Positions 30,127 through 38,933 of a stretch of 64,000 bases of DNA are shown here, piece after piece. The notes under the pieces are model-generated. The model searched no databases, was not told where the DNA came from, and worked only from the letters and a program-made list of their open reading frames with translations. The translations under genes were made by a program, and so were the position numbers. The stretch is from the NCBI GenBank assembly GCA_016186115.1, contig JACPMK010000003.1, positions 26,470 to 90,469 of the forward strand. Reading direction: 5' to 3'. Within the stretch, counting starts at the first letter, position 1. Each line of letters starts with the position of its first letter. The DNA is from Candidatus Wildermuthbacteria bacterium (GTDB lineage Bacteria > Patescibacteriota > Minisyncoccia > Minisyncoccales > UBA10102).

Positions 30127-30181
30127 AAGGACGTTGTTTGCTTATGCCAATAGAAGGGGCATAGGCAAGCAACGTCCTTTG
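30127..30181 (+). terminator. long hairpin/terminator
   Basis: aaggacgttgtttgcttatgcc / ggcataggcaagcaacgtcctt. Confidence 0.6.
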
Positions 30182-30225
30182 TTGTTGTGAGTATAAAATT
30201 TCCTATGGTACACTGAATGCGTGAT

Positions 30226-31533
30226 ATGAAAAGAATTTTAAAGAAGATCTTTCCTCCATTTATTTTGAGTTGGTACCATTTTGTATTGGCCTTTGTCGCG
30301 GCGGCGTGGTATCGGTTTCCCTCGAGAGATTTAACGGTGATTGGAGTTACGGGAACGAATGGGAAATCAACCACAGTCGATATGATCTCCCGAATTTTCG
30401 CAGAAGCAGGCATTGCGACTGCTTCTCTCTCTTCGATACGATTCCAAATCAACGAAAAGGAATGGCGCAATACGCTCAAGATGACAATGCCCGGCCCGTT
30501 TTTTGCGCAGAGATTTCTTCGCAAGGCAGTGAATGCCGGCTGCACGCATGCGGTGACGGAGGTAACTTCAGAAGGGATTCTTCAGTATCGCCACCGCTTT
30601 ATCAAATTTCATACGGCTGTGTTCACAAATTTGTCGCCCGAGCATATCGAACGGCATGGATCTTTCGAACATTATCGCCAAGCAAAAGGGGGACTATTTC
30701 AAGCCGCACAACAAGTGCATATTACGAATGGTGATGATAAAAATTCTGAATATTTTCTTCAATTTGCAGCCAGAGAAAAGTGGATATATGGTCTGAAAAA
30801 TTCGAAATCCGAAATTCGAAATCCGAAACAAATACCAAATACTAAATACCAAATATTAAATATTGAGAACATTCAAATAGAGCGAAACGGAGTAGAGTTT
30901 TTTGTAAAGGGTACTGAATTTCATCTCAAGCTCCTTGGGGAGTTTAACGCATATAACGCTTTGGCTGCAATTTGCGTTGGGCTTTCTCAAAATATTCCCT
31001 TAGAGACATGCAAAAACGCGCTCGAAAACATTGAAAAAGTGCCGGGCCGTATGGAACTGATTATCCAGAAGCCCTTTTGGGTATTTGTTGACTATGCTTT
31101 TACGCCCAATGCCCTAGAAAAAGTGTATCGGACCCTCAAAGAGTTGCAGCATATACCAAATACTAAATTGGTTTGCGTGCTCGGGGCTGCAGGCGGAGGG
31201 CGGGATAAATGGAAGCGGCCGGTATTGGGAAGGATTGCGGCATCGTATTGCGATAAAATTATTGTGACCAATGAAGATCCGTACGACGAAAATCCCACGG
31301 AAATCATTGAACAGGTGGCAGAAGGCGCCGGGGAAGAAGCAGAAAAAATCTTAGACCGCAGAGAAGCAATTGGAAAAGCATTGCACTTGGCGGGCTCGGG
31401 AGACGTCGTCGTGATAACGGGGAAGGGCAGCGAGGATTCTATTGATGTGGCCGGTGGCAAAAAAATTCCTTGGGATGATCGGGAAGTTGTTAGGGAGGAA
31501 TTTAGAAAAATCCATTCTCAAGAGACCGTATAG
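30226..31533 (+). CDS. murE: UDP-N-acetylmuramyl-tripeptide synthetase
   Basis: GVTGTNGKST, EVTSEG, FTNLSPEH, PGRME, DYA, GGGRD..KR, NEDPY, GKGSE. Confidence 0.93.
   Translation: MKRILKKIFPPFILSWYHFVLAFVAAAWYRFPSRDLTVIGVTGTNGKSTTVDMISRIFAEAGIATASLSSIRFQINEKEWRNTLKMTMPGPFFAQRFLRKAVNAGCTHAVTEVTSEGILQYRHRFIKFHTAVFTNLSPEHIERHGSFEHYRQAKGGLFQAAQQVHITNGDDKNSEYFLQFAAREKWIYGLKNSKSEIRNPKQIPNTKYQILNIENIQIERNGVEFFVKGTEFHLKLLGEFNAYNALAAICVGLSQNIPLETCKNALENIEKVPGRMELIIQKPFWVFVDYAFTPNALEKVYRTLKELQHIPNTKLVCVLGAAGGGRDKWKRPVLGRIAASYCDKIIVTNEDPYDENPTEIIEQVAEGAGEEAEKILDRREAIGKALHLAGSGDVVVITGKGSEDSIDVAGGKKIPWDDREVVREEFRKIHSQETV
30798..30864 (+). repeat. in-frame heptamer tandem array in murE
   Basis: aaattcg aaatccg aaattcg aaatccg aaac aaatacc aaatact aaatacc aaatatt aaatatt = NSKSEIRNPKQIPNTKYQILNI. 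Confidence 0.9.
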
Positions 31534-31602
31534 ACGGAACAAGATTTTTGTGCTACCTTGAGTGATTGCGTGCTATGAGGACGCTTTCTATTTTATACAA
31601 GC

Positions 31603-31821
31603 ATGACAGGAAAGAATTTGCCCAAAAGCATACGGAAGTTTATTCGTCAAGAAAAAGCCAGAATTCGAAGGCAGATTTTTGATCCCAAAGAACAAGCCAA
31701 AGCAATCGAAGAGCTTTACCAGCGCATATATAATCAATACGGAAAATCAACAGTAAAGCAATCCAAAGAGATTCCCAATAAACCTAGGCTTGCCTTGAGC
31801 GAAGTTGAAGAGTCCCCATAG
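31603..31821 (+). CDS. small basic CPR hypothetical protein
   Basis: LPKSIRKFIRQEKARIRR; stop codon lies inside tRNA-Arg. Confidence 0.6.
   Translation: MTGKNLPKSIRKFIRQEKARIRRQIFDPKEQAKAIEELYQRIYNQYGKSTVKQSKEIPNKPRLALSEVEESP
31789..31810 (-). repeat. REP-like element half-copy
   Basis: cttgccttgagcgaagttgaag; reverse complement 17/22 identical to 60098-60119. Confidence 0.65.
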
Positions 31822-31884
31822 TTTAACGGATAAAGCGTTGGCCTCCGAAGCCAAAGATTGGAGGTCCGATTCCTCCTGGGGACA
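31812..31884 (+). tRNA. tRNA-Arg(CCG), CCA not encoded
   Basis: Acceptor gtcccca/tggggac; anticodon arm ttggc-ctCCGaa-gccaa; T arm ggagg-tccgatt-cctcc. Confidence 0.93.
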
Positions 31885-32053
31885 CGATTTGGAAGTGGAT
31901 AGCTCAAGTATTGACGAGATGACTGGAATCTGCAAAGATGTACTCTAATTCTTCCAGCACCTTGGCACATATCTTTTGAGCGCCTTTTTGTTCAGGAGAT
32001 TGTGTTCGTGGCTAAAAGGGCGCTCAAAACAGCAGCGGGAGAAAGGGAGCAAG

Positions 32054-32251
32054 ATGGACGCAAACGCAGATATAAATTATCCGATGATGGTATGCTGTAC
32101 ATGTGGCCATCGGGAATCTTCGCGGTTTCTTACTGGGACAAAGTGCCGCGTAGATGGAGGGGCAATGGCTGAAGAAAAACCGGGGCCGGTTATCATTCCC
32201 GCAAGGATCCGTCAAGCGGACGCGGTCCGGCAGTTAGCTAAGGCAGTGTAA
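32054..32251 (+). CDS. small Cys-rich (zinc-ribbon-like) orphan protein
   Basis: Purine-rich SD; CCTCGH...CRVDGG; hairpin downstream 32269-32315. Confidence 0.6.
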   Translation: MDANADINYPMMVCCTCGHRESSRFLTGTKCRVDGGAMAEEKPGPVIIPARIRQADAVRQLAKAV

Positions 32252-32443
32252 TTTCAATATTTAAGAAGGGAACCTCGGGATGAGATGAAGAGCGCCGCTC
32301 TTCCCGAGGTTTCCTCAGGGTAGCATTCAACATTGTGGCAGGAGCATAAAAACTCCTGCTTTTTCTTTTCGCGAAAGAACGAATTGCATGATATACTGAA
32401 CATAAGCTTAAAGGTCGCACCTATTACATTTTTTATAAGAATC

Positions 32444-32752
32444 ATGCAGAAAAAACGTGTTTTAAAAAAGAAGATCGCAAAGAAACCCGTTGTAAAGAAA
32501 GTAAAAGAGCAGCCCATTGGCAAGGTGGCGCATTACTATGACAAGATCGGAGTAATCGCGCTGAAGCTTACAAATCCTGTGGCAGTGGGCAATACAATTA
32601 GGATTGAGGGAGGAGAAAAATCATTCACGCAAAAGATCGCATCCATGCAGATCGATCATGAGAAAATCAAAAAAGCGAAAAAAGGAGATGAGGTCGGGAT
32701 CAAGATTACTCAAAAGGCAAGAGAAGGGTATCGCGTGTTTCGACAAAAATGA
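32444..32752 (+). CDS. small beta-barrel protein (U32 peptidase C-terminal / EF-Tu domain-2-like)
   Basis: IGKVAHYYDKIGV..L, FTQKIASMQIDH, GDEVGIK. Confidence 0.8.
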   Translation: MQKKRVLKKKIAKKPVVKKVKEQPIGKVAHYYDKIGVIALKLTNPVAVGNTIRIEGGEKSFTQKIASMQIDHEKIKKAKKGDEVGIKITQKAREGYRVFRQK

Positions 32753-33882
32753 ATAGTTTTATTTTGGCTTTGTCAACGCTCGTTGGGGCGATTGTGGGAG
32801 CGGGGATTTTTGGCATTCCCTATGCTATCGCAAAAAGCGGGGTTGTGCCGGGAATTTTTTACCTCGGTGTCCTTGCGGGGGCAGTGCTTATCCTCCACTT
32901 GCTTTTTGGAGAAGTATGCCTGCGCACCAAAGAAAAATACCGGCTTATTGGCTACGCAAGAAGATATCTTGGGAAATGGGGTGAGGCGGCAATGATTTTT
33001 GCGACTTTCGTTGGAACAGTCGGCACCCTGCTTGCCTACATTATTATTGGAGGGGACTTTCTCAAAATTGTTCTTTCTCCTCTTCTTTCTCTTTCTCCCA
33101 TTGCGGCAACCTTTCTTTTTTGGCTTGTCCTTTCCTTATTTGTTTTTCAGGGCATTCGTTTTATTGCAAAAACCGAATTTCTCATGAATATCGCGCTTTT
33201 TATCGTGATCGCGCTCGTATTTCTTTTTGCTATCCCCCATATTCGAATCGAAAACTTTTCTCTTGTGCATGGCGATTCTCTGTTTTTGCCCTACGGGATT
33301 ATCCTTTTTGCTTTGATAGGGTGGTCTGCGATCCCCGAAATTGCAGAACTTTTTAAAAAAGACGACGAGAAGAAAAAACTTCGCAATGTTCTTCGATTTG
33401 CATCTCTTATCACCTTTGCGCTCTATGCTCTTTTTGTGTTTTTCGTGATCGGAGTATCTGGAGCCAACACCTCGCCCGATGCTCTTGGCGGTCTCGTCCC
33501 TTTTCTGGGAGAAAATATCGTGATTATTGGAGCGATCATTGGATTGTTTATTATTGCTGACTCCTACATCATTTTCGGCGATTATCTCAAAAATTCACTG
33601 TACTATGATTACAAGATACCCCTGTTTTTTTCTGCTGCGATAACAATATCTCTCCCGCTTGCGCTTTTTATGCTGGGATTGCGCCAATTCTCTGAAGTGG
33701 TGGCAGTTGTTGGTTCATTTATAGGAGCCGTTGAGGGAGTAACGATTCTCTTGCTTTTTCAGAAGGCCAGGCACCACGGCGACCGCGAGCCCGAATACAT
33801 CGTCTCCATCCCACGAATTTTCCTCATTTTTCTTGGATTGATTCTTATCTCCGGCGCTCTCCTCGGATTTGTTTTCCCGTGA
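32749..33882 (+). CDS. aromatic amino acid permease family (HAAAP/APC) transporter
   Basis: GAIVGAGIFGIPY, ~11 TM helices, LPYGIILFA. Confidence 0.88.
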   Translation: MNSFILALSTLVGAIVGAGIFGIPYAIAKSGVVPGIFYLGVLAGAVLILHLLFGEVCLRTKEKYRLIGYARRYLGKWGEAAMIFATFVGTVGTLLAYIIIGGDFLKIVLSPLLSLSPIAATFLFWLVLSLFVFQGIRFIAKTEFLMNIALFIVIALVFLFAIPHIRIENFSLVHGDSLFLPYGIILFALIGWSAIPEIAELFKKDDEKKKLRNVLRFASLITFALYALFVFFVIGVSGANTSPDALGGLVPFLGENIVIIGAIIGLFIIADSYIIFGDYLKNSLYYDYKIPLFFSAAITISLPLALFMLGLRQFSEVVAVVGSFIGAVEGVTILLLFQKARHHGDREPEYIVSIPRIFLIFLGLILISGALLGFVFP

Positions 33883-33907
33883 TAGAATGAGGTGTGCGAG
33901 AAAAAAT

Positions 33908-34672
33908 ATGACAATCGATCTCTTCACCCAAAAGTGTGGGTACGAAATTAATGGAATGTGGATGCCGCGTGTTACTGCGATCACATCGATTATTCCCAAA
34001 CCCAATCTTGAAAGATTTCTCAATTCCTATGCGAATCCATTTGCTGCGCAGCGTGCGCTTGAACAATCTGCGGATTGGGGCAATCTTGTGCATGGGGCGG
34101 TAGAAGGCCTGTTGGTCGAAAAGCCCTTCGTTATTGATGCGCGCATTTCCCCTTCCGTCGACGCATTTCGACAGTGGCTCAAAGACAACTCCATGCGGCT
34201 TGTCAATAAAGCCCAGTCAATTGAAAGAAGGGTATTTGATATGGAAAATTGCTATGCGGGGACGATTGATGTGGTGGCAAAATTGGGTGGAAAGATAGGG
34301 GTGCTCGATATCAAAACAGGCAGCGGCATATGGAGAGAACATGCGTTGCAGACAGCAGCATACCTAAATGCCTACAATAAAAATGCGCCAAAGACACAAA
34401 AAGGAACCACGCGCTGGATTCTTCGGATCGATCAATACGAAGAATGTATGGGATGTTTTGCGAAAAGACGTCTCAAAGAAGGAGCGCCAAGGGTGCGCGG
34501 GGGAAATCGATTTTGCAACCATCAGTGGGGTGTAGCCAAGGCAGAGATCGAATTTAAAGAACTCCCTGATTTTCGGGAAGATATTGAGGCCTTTCTTGCC
34601 GCCAAAGAATTGTGGGAATGGCATCATCGTGATGCCTTAAAGCAGATCGGGAATTATCCCAAAAAGAAATAA
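33908..34672 (+). CDS. PD-(D/E)XK nuclease family protein
   Basis: PRVT, GNLVH, E..YAGTID..LDIKTG, LQTAAY. Confidence 0.82.
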   Translation: MTIDLFTQKCGYEINGMWMPRVTAITSIIPKPNLERFLNSYANPFAAQRALEQSADWGNLVHGAVEGLLVEKPFVIDARISPSVDAFRQWLKDNSMRLVNKAQSIERRVFDMENCYAGTIDVVAKLGGKIGVLDIKTGSGIWREHALQTAAYLNAYNKNAPKTQKGTTRWILRIDQYEECMGCFAKRRLKEGAPRVRGGNRFCNHQWGVAKAEIEFKELPDFREDIEAFLAAKELWEWHHRDALKQIGNYPKKK

Positions 34673-34678
34673 GATGTT

Positions 34679-35926
34679 ATGAAACTTATTGGCGATTTCC
34701 ATATTCATTCCAGATTTTCAAGAGCAACCTCCAAAGAGTTAACCGTGGAAAATCTGGATCACTGGGCTTCTCTGAAGGGGATTACTATTATGGGAACGGG
34801 TGATTTTACTCACCCGTTATGGTTTCAGGAATTAAAAGAAAAACTCGAGCCCGCAGAAGCAGGATTGTATAAATTGAAAGGTGAGAAAAGTAGCGTACGC
34901 TTTCTTCTCACCAGCGAAATCAGCTGTATTTATTCAAAAAAGAGTGCGGTGCGTAGAATTCATCTGATTCTTTTTTCCCCTTCTTTTGAAGCAGTCGAGA
35001 AAATCAACACCCAGCTTGGTTGGATAGGGAATTTGAAAGCAGATGGTCGGCCAATTCTCGGTATTGACGCAAAAGAAGTGGTGAAAATTGCGCTGGATGC
35101 CTCGCCTGATTGCATGGTTATTCCTGCGCATGCGTGGACACCGTGGTTTTCTGTGTTCGGGTCAAAATCGGGCTTTAATTCGCTGGAGGAATGTTTTGAT
35201 GAGTACACAAAATATATTTATGCCATAGAAACAGGGTTATCTTCGGATCCCGCAATGAACTGGCGGCTTTCTGCTTTGGATGGCATTACCCTTATGAGCA
35301 ATTCTGATAGCCACAGTTTGGAAAAAATCGGGAGAGAGGCAAATGTATTCGATATCGAGTTGAGTTATTCTGCGCTCAAAGAAGTAATCCAAACAAAAAA
35401 CGCAAAAAAGTTTTTGTACACAGTAGAATTTTTCCCCGAAGAAGGAAAATATCATTATGACGGGCACCGTCTTTGCAATGTAAGCATGCATCCTGCGGAG
35501 GCAAAAAAGCAGAATAATCGCTGCCCCAAATGCGGCAGACCCCTTACCATTGGAGTGCTTCATCGCGTGGAAGAGCTGGCTGATCGGCCAGAGGGAACTG
35601 TTCCTGCCGGAGCAATTCCTTTTAAAAGCATGGTCCCTTTGCAAGAGATTATTGCTGATGTCCTTGGCGTGAGCGTTGGTACCAAGCAGGGGAAGCTAGA
35701 ATACGATAAATTAATCAAAGAGTTTGGCAGCGAATTTGCTGTGCTTCTTGATACGGATCAGTCAACCCTTCGCAATGTAACCTCGCCCGAAATTACCGAA
35801 GGCATTATCAGGGTGCGCGATGGGAAAATAAAAATTGACCCCGGATTTGATGGGGAATATGGCAAGATAGAAATTTTTGGCAAGAGCGAGTCGAAACAGT
35901 TTACAAGTCAGCACACTTTGTTTTAG
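34679..35926 (+). CDS. endonuclease Q family (PHP + Zn ribbon)
   Basis: DFHIHSRFSRATS, GTGDFTHP, PAHAWTPW, ETGLSSD, SNSDSHS, GKYHYDGHR, CPKCG, PGFDGEYG. Confidence 0.92.
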   Translation: MKLIGDFHIHSRFSRATSKELTVENLDHWASLKGITIMGTGDFTHPLWFQELKEKLEPAEAGLYKLKGEKSSVRFLLTSEISCIYSKKSAVRRIHLILFSPSFEAVEKINTQLGWIGNLKADGRPILGIDAKEVVKIALDASPDCMVIPAHAWTPWFSVFGSKSGFNSLEECFDEYTKYIYAIETGLSSDPAMNWRLSALDGITLMSNSDSHSLEKIGREANVFDIELSYSALKEVIQTKNAKKFLYTVEFFPEEGKYHYDGHRLCNVSMHPAEAKKQNNRCPKCGRPLTIGVLHRVEELADRPEGTVPAGAIPFKSMVPLQEIIADVLGVSVGTKQGKLEYDKLIKEFGSEFAVLLDTDQSTLRNVTSPEITEGIIRVRDGKIKIDPGFDGEYGKIEIFGKSESKQFTSQHTLF

Positions 35927-35940
35927 AATATATCCTTACT

Positions 35941-36810
35941 ATGGATATCCCTAAAAATCTTCTGGACTTTCAGCCAATTCAAGCATTTGTGAAGGGTATT
36001 GGCAAAGACGTGGAGAATTACTTTGGAAAAGATGATGGAGCTATCATCTATCTTCAGCCAGACGGCATTTGGTATGCGGAAGGATTGTATCAATGGTTGA
36101 GACAGCGTAAGCAGAATCTTGTCATTGCTACCATGGAAGATGACGGCGCTGGCTTAGAGGAAGATAAGGTGAAGGGGAGAAAAGTTCTTGTGGTGGACAA
36201 CGACGTGGTTACCGGCAAGGCGTACAAAAGGGCCATGGAAGCCTTGCGGGTGCGCAAGCGACGCCTGAATATAAGAGATATAAAATTCGCTACTTTCTTT
36301 GATCGGATCGGTGTGGCCGATTTCTTTGTTGAAAAATATTCGGCGGAAGCGATCTGGCATTTTGATGAATTTGATGCGGTGGACCTGAAAATTATTAAAC
36401 AGCTGGCGCAGGATGGGAAAAAACCGCTCGCAGAGATTGGGAAAGCAGTTGGCTTGAGCGCGGTTTCGGTGAAAAATCGTATCGACAAGCTTGTGGCATC
36501 CAAGACCCTTGAAATCAGGGGTATGCTGCGCATCGATCAGTTTTTTGTCATTGCCGGGCATATCTTTATTGAAGCCGACGGAGCAACAATTTCTAAACTT
36601 CTTGAGCAATTCGAACATATGCAAGAAGTGCTCCATGTTGCGAGAACCATCGGGAAGTGGAATTTACTTGTGTGCGTTCTTGGGCACAACGTGGAGAGCA
36701 TCGAACAATTTATTAATAGTACCATTCATACTCATGCAGGAGTGAAGCGCCTCGAGGTGTATCTTGGGGAACTTCCTGCCAAACCAAAGCTACTTCTCCC
36801 GCAAGCGTAG
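35941..36810 (+). CDS. PRTase-like domain fused to Lrp/AsnC regulator
   Basis: KVLVVDNDVVTG PRPP-loop-like motif; DAVDLKIIKQLAQDGK..AEIGKAVGLS..VKNRIDKL HTH; RAM domain. Confidence 0.82.
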   Translation: MDIPKNLLDFQPIQAFVKGIGKDVENYFGKDDGAIIYLQPDGIWYAEGLYQWLRQRKQNLVIATMEDDGAGLEEDKVKGRKVLVVDNDVVTGKAYKRAMEALRVRKRRLNIRDIKFATFFDRIGVADFFVEKYSAEAIWHFDEFDAVDLKIIKQLAQDGKKPLAEIGKAVGLSAVSVKNRIDKLVASKTLEIRGMLRIDQFFVIAGHIFIEADGATISKLLEQFEHMQEVLHVARTIGKWNLLVCVLGHNVESIEQFINSTIHTHAGVKRLEVYLGELPAKPKLLLPQA

Positions 36811-36908
36811 ACGTCCTTTTGTTCTTGTTGAGGTTGCAGGTTGTTTTGTCTGTGGTAGAATACATCTCAATGCTCTCTAAAAGGAGAGCTAAAGAGGAGG
36901 AGGGAAAG

Positions 36909-37976
36909 GTGGTAACAGCTCGAACTGCAGTGAAAGTTGAAGAGGAAAGAACGGCGGCGGCATTGCATGAGCTCGTGGAGGAATTCTTCCGTACAGGCCG
37001 CTTGGTGGTTTTGGAGGCGTACGAGAGAGGATTGGGACGGCAGACACTTAGCGAGGTTCTCCATCGAAAGCGGGCGGAGGATGTGAAGATAGAGGCTGAT
37101 GACATAGGGGATGGCCTTTGGAAAGCGTTGCTAAGTGGGAGCAAGGAGGATCTCCAAGTATTACGCAAAATGCTTGCGATCTTTGGGAGCGTCTCTCTTG
37201 TATCAGCCGTAGAACGTTCCATCGGGAAAGCCCAAGAGCTGAAGAGAAGGCATCCGATCCTCGGCAAAATAAGGGTTCACTCCGAACATGGGGAGTACGG
37301 GAGCAGTGACCCACTGATCATTTGCTACATCGATCCCTTAGATGGGAGCGATGAATTTCGAAATAGGATCTCGGGGTGCTGGTACATTGCTGTGAGCTTT
37401 TTCAGTAAGGCCTTAAAACCTATTGCAGCAGCAATGCTCGATATTGGGCTTGGCGAGATGTTCTTTGTGCCCTCTCCTAGGGGAGATGGGAAGGTGCACG
37501 TTAAGTTCTTTGACTCCGGCAGAGAACGTTTTGAGAGCCCGATCTCGGCAAAAGTGCTCCCCAAAAAGGGCACAATCCTTGTATACATGGGTCGAGAAAA
37601 TTATCTCCGGTCATTCCTTGAGGTGGCATCCTTCGTTCACGATGAAGCGTACGAAGGACTCACTCTGCATGGAAAGGGCGGATCATTCATCTATGCATGG
37701 CTTGCAGCTGGCAGGGGCCTGGCTTACATCATGGCGAATGAGCCAGTGAACGAGATCCTCCCCGGGATAGGATTTGCAAAGCTCATGGGCTGCCCCGTGT
37801 GGGTTGTGTGGAAAGATGGCAGAAGGGAGCAATTCGATATTGAAAGACACGGCAAATTAGCTCGCGTTGACTATCTGGTAGTTGCTTGCAACGAGCGGTT
37901 TGGAGAGAATCTTCTTCCAAAGCTCAAGCTGCCGCAGCCAGGGTGGCTGTTGGAGCGAGAATTAGTTATGGTGTGA
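36909..37976 (+). CDS. divergent inositol monophosphatase/FBPase-family protein with N-terminal helical extension
   Basis: HSEHG..YIDPLDGS motif; GTG start after gaggaggaggg SD. Confidence 0.65.
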   Translation: MVTARTAVKVEEERTAAALHELVEEFFRTGRLVVLEAYERGLGRQTLSEVLHRKRAEDVKIEADDIGDGLWKALLSGSKEDLQVLRKMLAIFGSVSLVSAVERSIGKAQELKRRHPILGKIRVHSEHGEYGSSDPLIICYIDPLDGSDEFRNRISGCWYIAVSFFSKALKPIAAAMLDIGLGEMFFVPSPRGDGKVHVKFFDSGRERFESPISAKVLPKKGTILVYMGRENYLRSFLEVASFVHDEAYEGLTLHGKGGSFIYAWLAAGRGLAYIMANEPVNEILPGIGFAKLMGCPVWVVWKDGRREQFDIERHGKLARVDYLVVACNERFGENLLPKLKLPQPGWLLERELVMV

Positions 37977-37991
37977 CCATAACTATCAATC

Positions 37992-38040
37992 AAAGGGGCC
38001 TCTGGAGGTTTTCCCCAGAGGCCCCTTTTACTTTCTTTTT
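37992..38040 (+). terminator. intrinsic terminator
   Basis: aaaggggcctctgg / ccagaggcccctttt then U-rich. Confidence 0.8.
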
Positions 38041-38157
38041 GGAAACCCCTTGACAAATATTTTGCAATTCATACAATGATATATGATGTGGATTCGCCGT
38101 TAGGAAAATTAGGGCATTCACGGAGTGTTTGTTAGGATTTTGAAGCAGGTCAACATC

Positions 38158-38268
38158 ATGGTACAACATTTGCAGCAAAATTGTTTTCGACAGTTCTCTC
38201 TCAAAAAGCTCAATAACCAGAAAGCCATTATTGAGATTTCGATTATTGCGCACAGCCGGATTTGTTGA
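38158..38268 (+). CDS. Ile-rich leader peptide upstream of greA
   Basis: MVQHLQQNCFRQFSLKKLNNQKAIIEISIIAHSRIC; promoter TTGACA 38050-N16-TACAAT. Confidence 0.65.
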   Translation: MVQHLQQNCFRQFSLKKLNNQKAIIEISIIAHSRIC

Positions 38269-38329
38269 CAATACATATCATTAGTACTGCATCGTCAATA
38301 AATCTGGCTCTCGCAAGCCAGATTTTTTT
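38254..38329 (+). promoter_or_regulatory. attenuator (antiterminator/terminator) of greA
   Basis: 38254-38269 pairs with 38294-38309 (16 bp, 2 GU); terminator 38300-38309/38316-38325 + U tract. Confidence 0.75.
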
Positions 38330-38352
38330 CTTCAATAATATTCTCACTACGT

Positions 38353-38838
38353 ATGACAACTCAAACAACAACTCAACCCCCAAAATTTTATCTCACCAAA
38401 GAAGGACTCAAAAAAGTCCAAAAAGAATACGACAAGCTCCTTGAATTCCGCTCGCTGAAAATGAAGGGCGAAGTGCCCAGTATTTTGCATTCCGAAGATG
38501 TAAATCCTGATTACCTTACATTCCAAGAAGATATGAACTTGCTCGAATCCCGCATCGCCGAGTGCGAAAATATTCTCAAAAATGTTGAGTTGATTCAAAC
38601 TCCGAAAGAAGAAAAAAATATGGTCTGGTTAGGAGCAACAGTTACTCTTGAGGAAGTTCCAGACGGAACAATTAATGAGTACACTCTTCTGGGAACTCTT
38701 GAGGCGAATCCCGCAGAGGGTAAAATTTCTTCGGAATCCCCTGTGGGGCGGTCTCTTCTTGGGAAAAGAATAGGAGAAGAGGTGGTGATCAGTTCTCCTA
38801 TCCGAGTTGTCTACAAAGTTAAGAAAATTATTTATTAG
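38353..38838 (+). CDS. greA: GreA/GreB family transcription elongation factor
   Basis: YLTKEG, RIAE.E.IL, VWLGATV, EANP..GKISSESPVGRSLLG. Confidence 0.9.
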   Translation: MTTQTTTQPPKFYLTKEGLKKVQKEYDKLLEFRSLKMKGEVPSILHSEDVNPDYLTFQEDMNLLESRIAECENILKNVELIQTPKEEKNMVWLGATVTLEEVPDGTINEYTLLGTLEANPAEGKISSESPVGRSLLGKRIGEEVVISSPIRVVYKVKKIIY

Positions 38839-38933
38839 ATTCATTTTAGCTTTTTTGGAGAATTATTATTCGTTGCGATAAGAACTAGATCGCAGGCGGT
38901 CTAGTTTTATTTATGCTGTTTCGTGCATCTGTT

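Noticed and set aside
30798..30864. Heptamer arrays as phase-variation switches or CRISPR repeats
   Set aside because: Units are degenerate, lack spacers and lie in essential genes, where a one-unit change would frameshift
31812..32330. tRNA-anchored genomic island or prophage
   Set aside because: No integrase and no duplicated tRNA 3' end; only one small orphan follows
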